Assembly: GCA_973895155.1 (NCBI GenBank)
Contig: OZ316895.1
Location: 22,394,558-22,458,557, forward strand
DNA from: Marsupella aquatica
Lineage: Eukaryota > Plantae > Marchantiophyta
Direction of reading: 5' to 3'
DNA length: 64,000 nt
Position 1 is the stretch's first letter. Each line of letters opens with the position of its first letter. The position numbers and the translations under genes are program-made. Below, piece by piece: positions 63,481-64,000 of the stretch. Under the pieces are notes generated by a model, which saw nothing but the letters and a program-made list of their open reading frames with translations, ran no database searches and was not told the origin of the DNA.

Positions 63481-64000
63481 ATGGGTCAGCATGCCCCAAG
63501 TATGAGGGTTGTAGTTCAGGTTTTTAGGGTCAATTGTTGCCCATAATGCTCTTGTGTTACACTTCAAGGGCTAAGAGATTTTCAGTATAGTATTGACGGA
63601 CCCCCATGGGAAGTGCCTTCTGACTTCCCTCACACCACGTGTGGCCACATTGGTGCTTTAGGTCACACACAAAAACATCAATGTTTGCAACCAAACAAAC
63701 AGCACCATTAATGTTTGATGCAGTGGTAGCAAAAACAGTTTGGCGTGGGAACCACAAAAAGATTGATAAATTGAAGTTTAAAGTGAAGTTCAAAATAACA
63801 AACATGGGGGGGAGGGAGAAATTAACCAGTTGGATGCTTGTGATTGATACATTAATGTTTCGCATCAAAATGCTAGATACAACATTAAATGTACATTGTA
63901 TTTTTTTTGCAAGTTTTACAAATAGCCAACCAGTACAATTCTATGTCAAAGCAAACCAAACAATTAGGGCAATGGATTTTGAATTCGGTTCATGTTGCAT

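Overview
This is eukaryotic, intron-rich land-plant DNA; the gene style and repeat families suggest a bryophyte, which is an inference. Six intact multi-exon housekeeping genes are present: a class-3 lipase/DAGL-like gene (+, 10.5-16.3 kb), an RlmE/FtsJ-family rRNA methyltransferase (-, 17.9-20.4 kb), ARPC3 (+, 21.4-23.1 kb), coatomer beta'-COP (+, 30.3-39.8 kb), a WDR44-like WD40 gene (+, 47.1-52.4 kb) and DCP5/LSM14 (-, 54.8-59.2 kb). A MULE/SWIM-type transposase-derived gene runs off the left edge. Intergenic DNA holds Helitron-like elements with a 33-bp array, a decayed gag-only retroelement with two CCHC knuckles, non-LTR and Harbinger remnants, tRNA-like fragments and many small tandem duplications. 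The standout observation is that two unrelated genes, ARPC3 and beta'-COP, use paralogous copies of one promoter + 5'UTR + ATG-only first exon + 5' intron (about 20805-21680 vs 29817-31820). A third ATG/donor copy lies inside beta'-COP intron 1, and inversion/fold-back scars indicate ARPC3 took its 5' module from beta'-COP. Exon coordinates were read by eye and may be off by a few bases.
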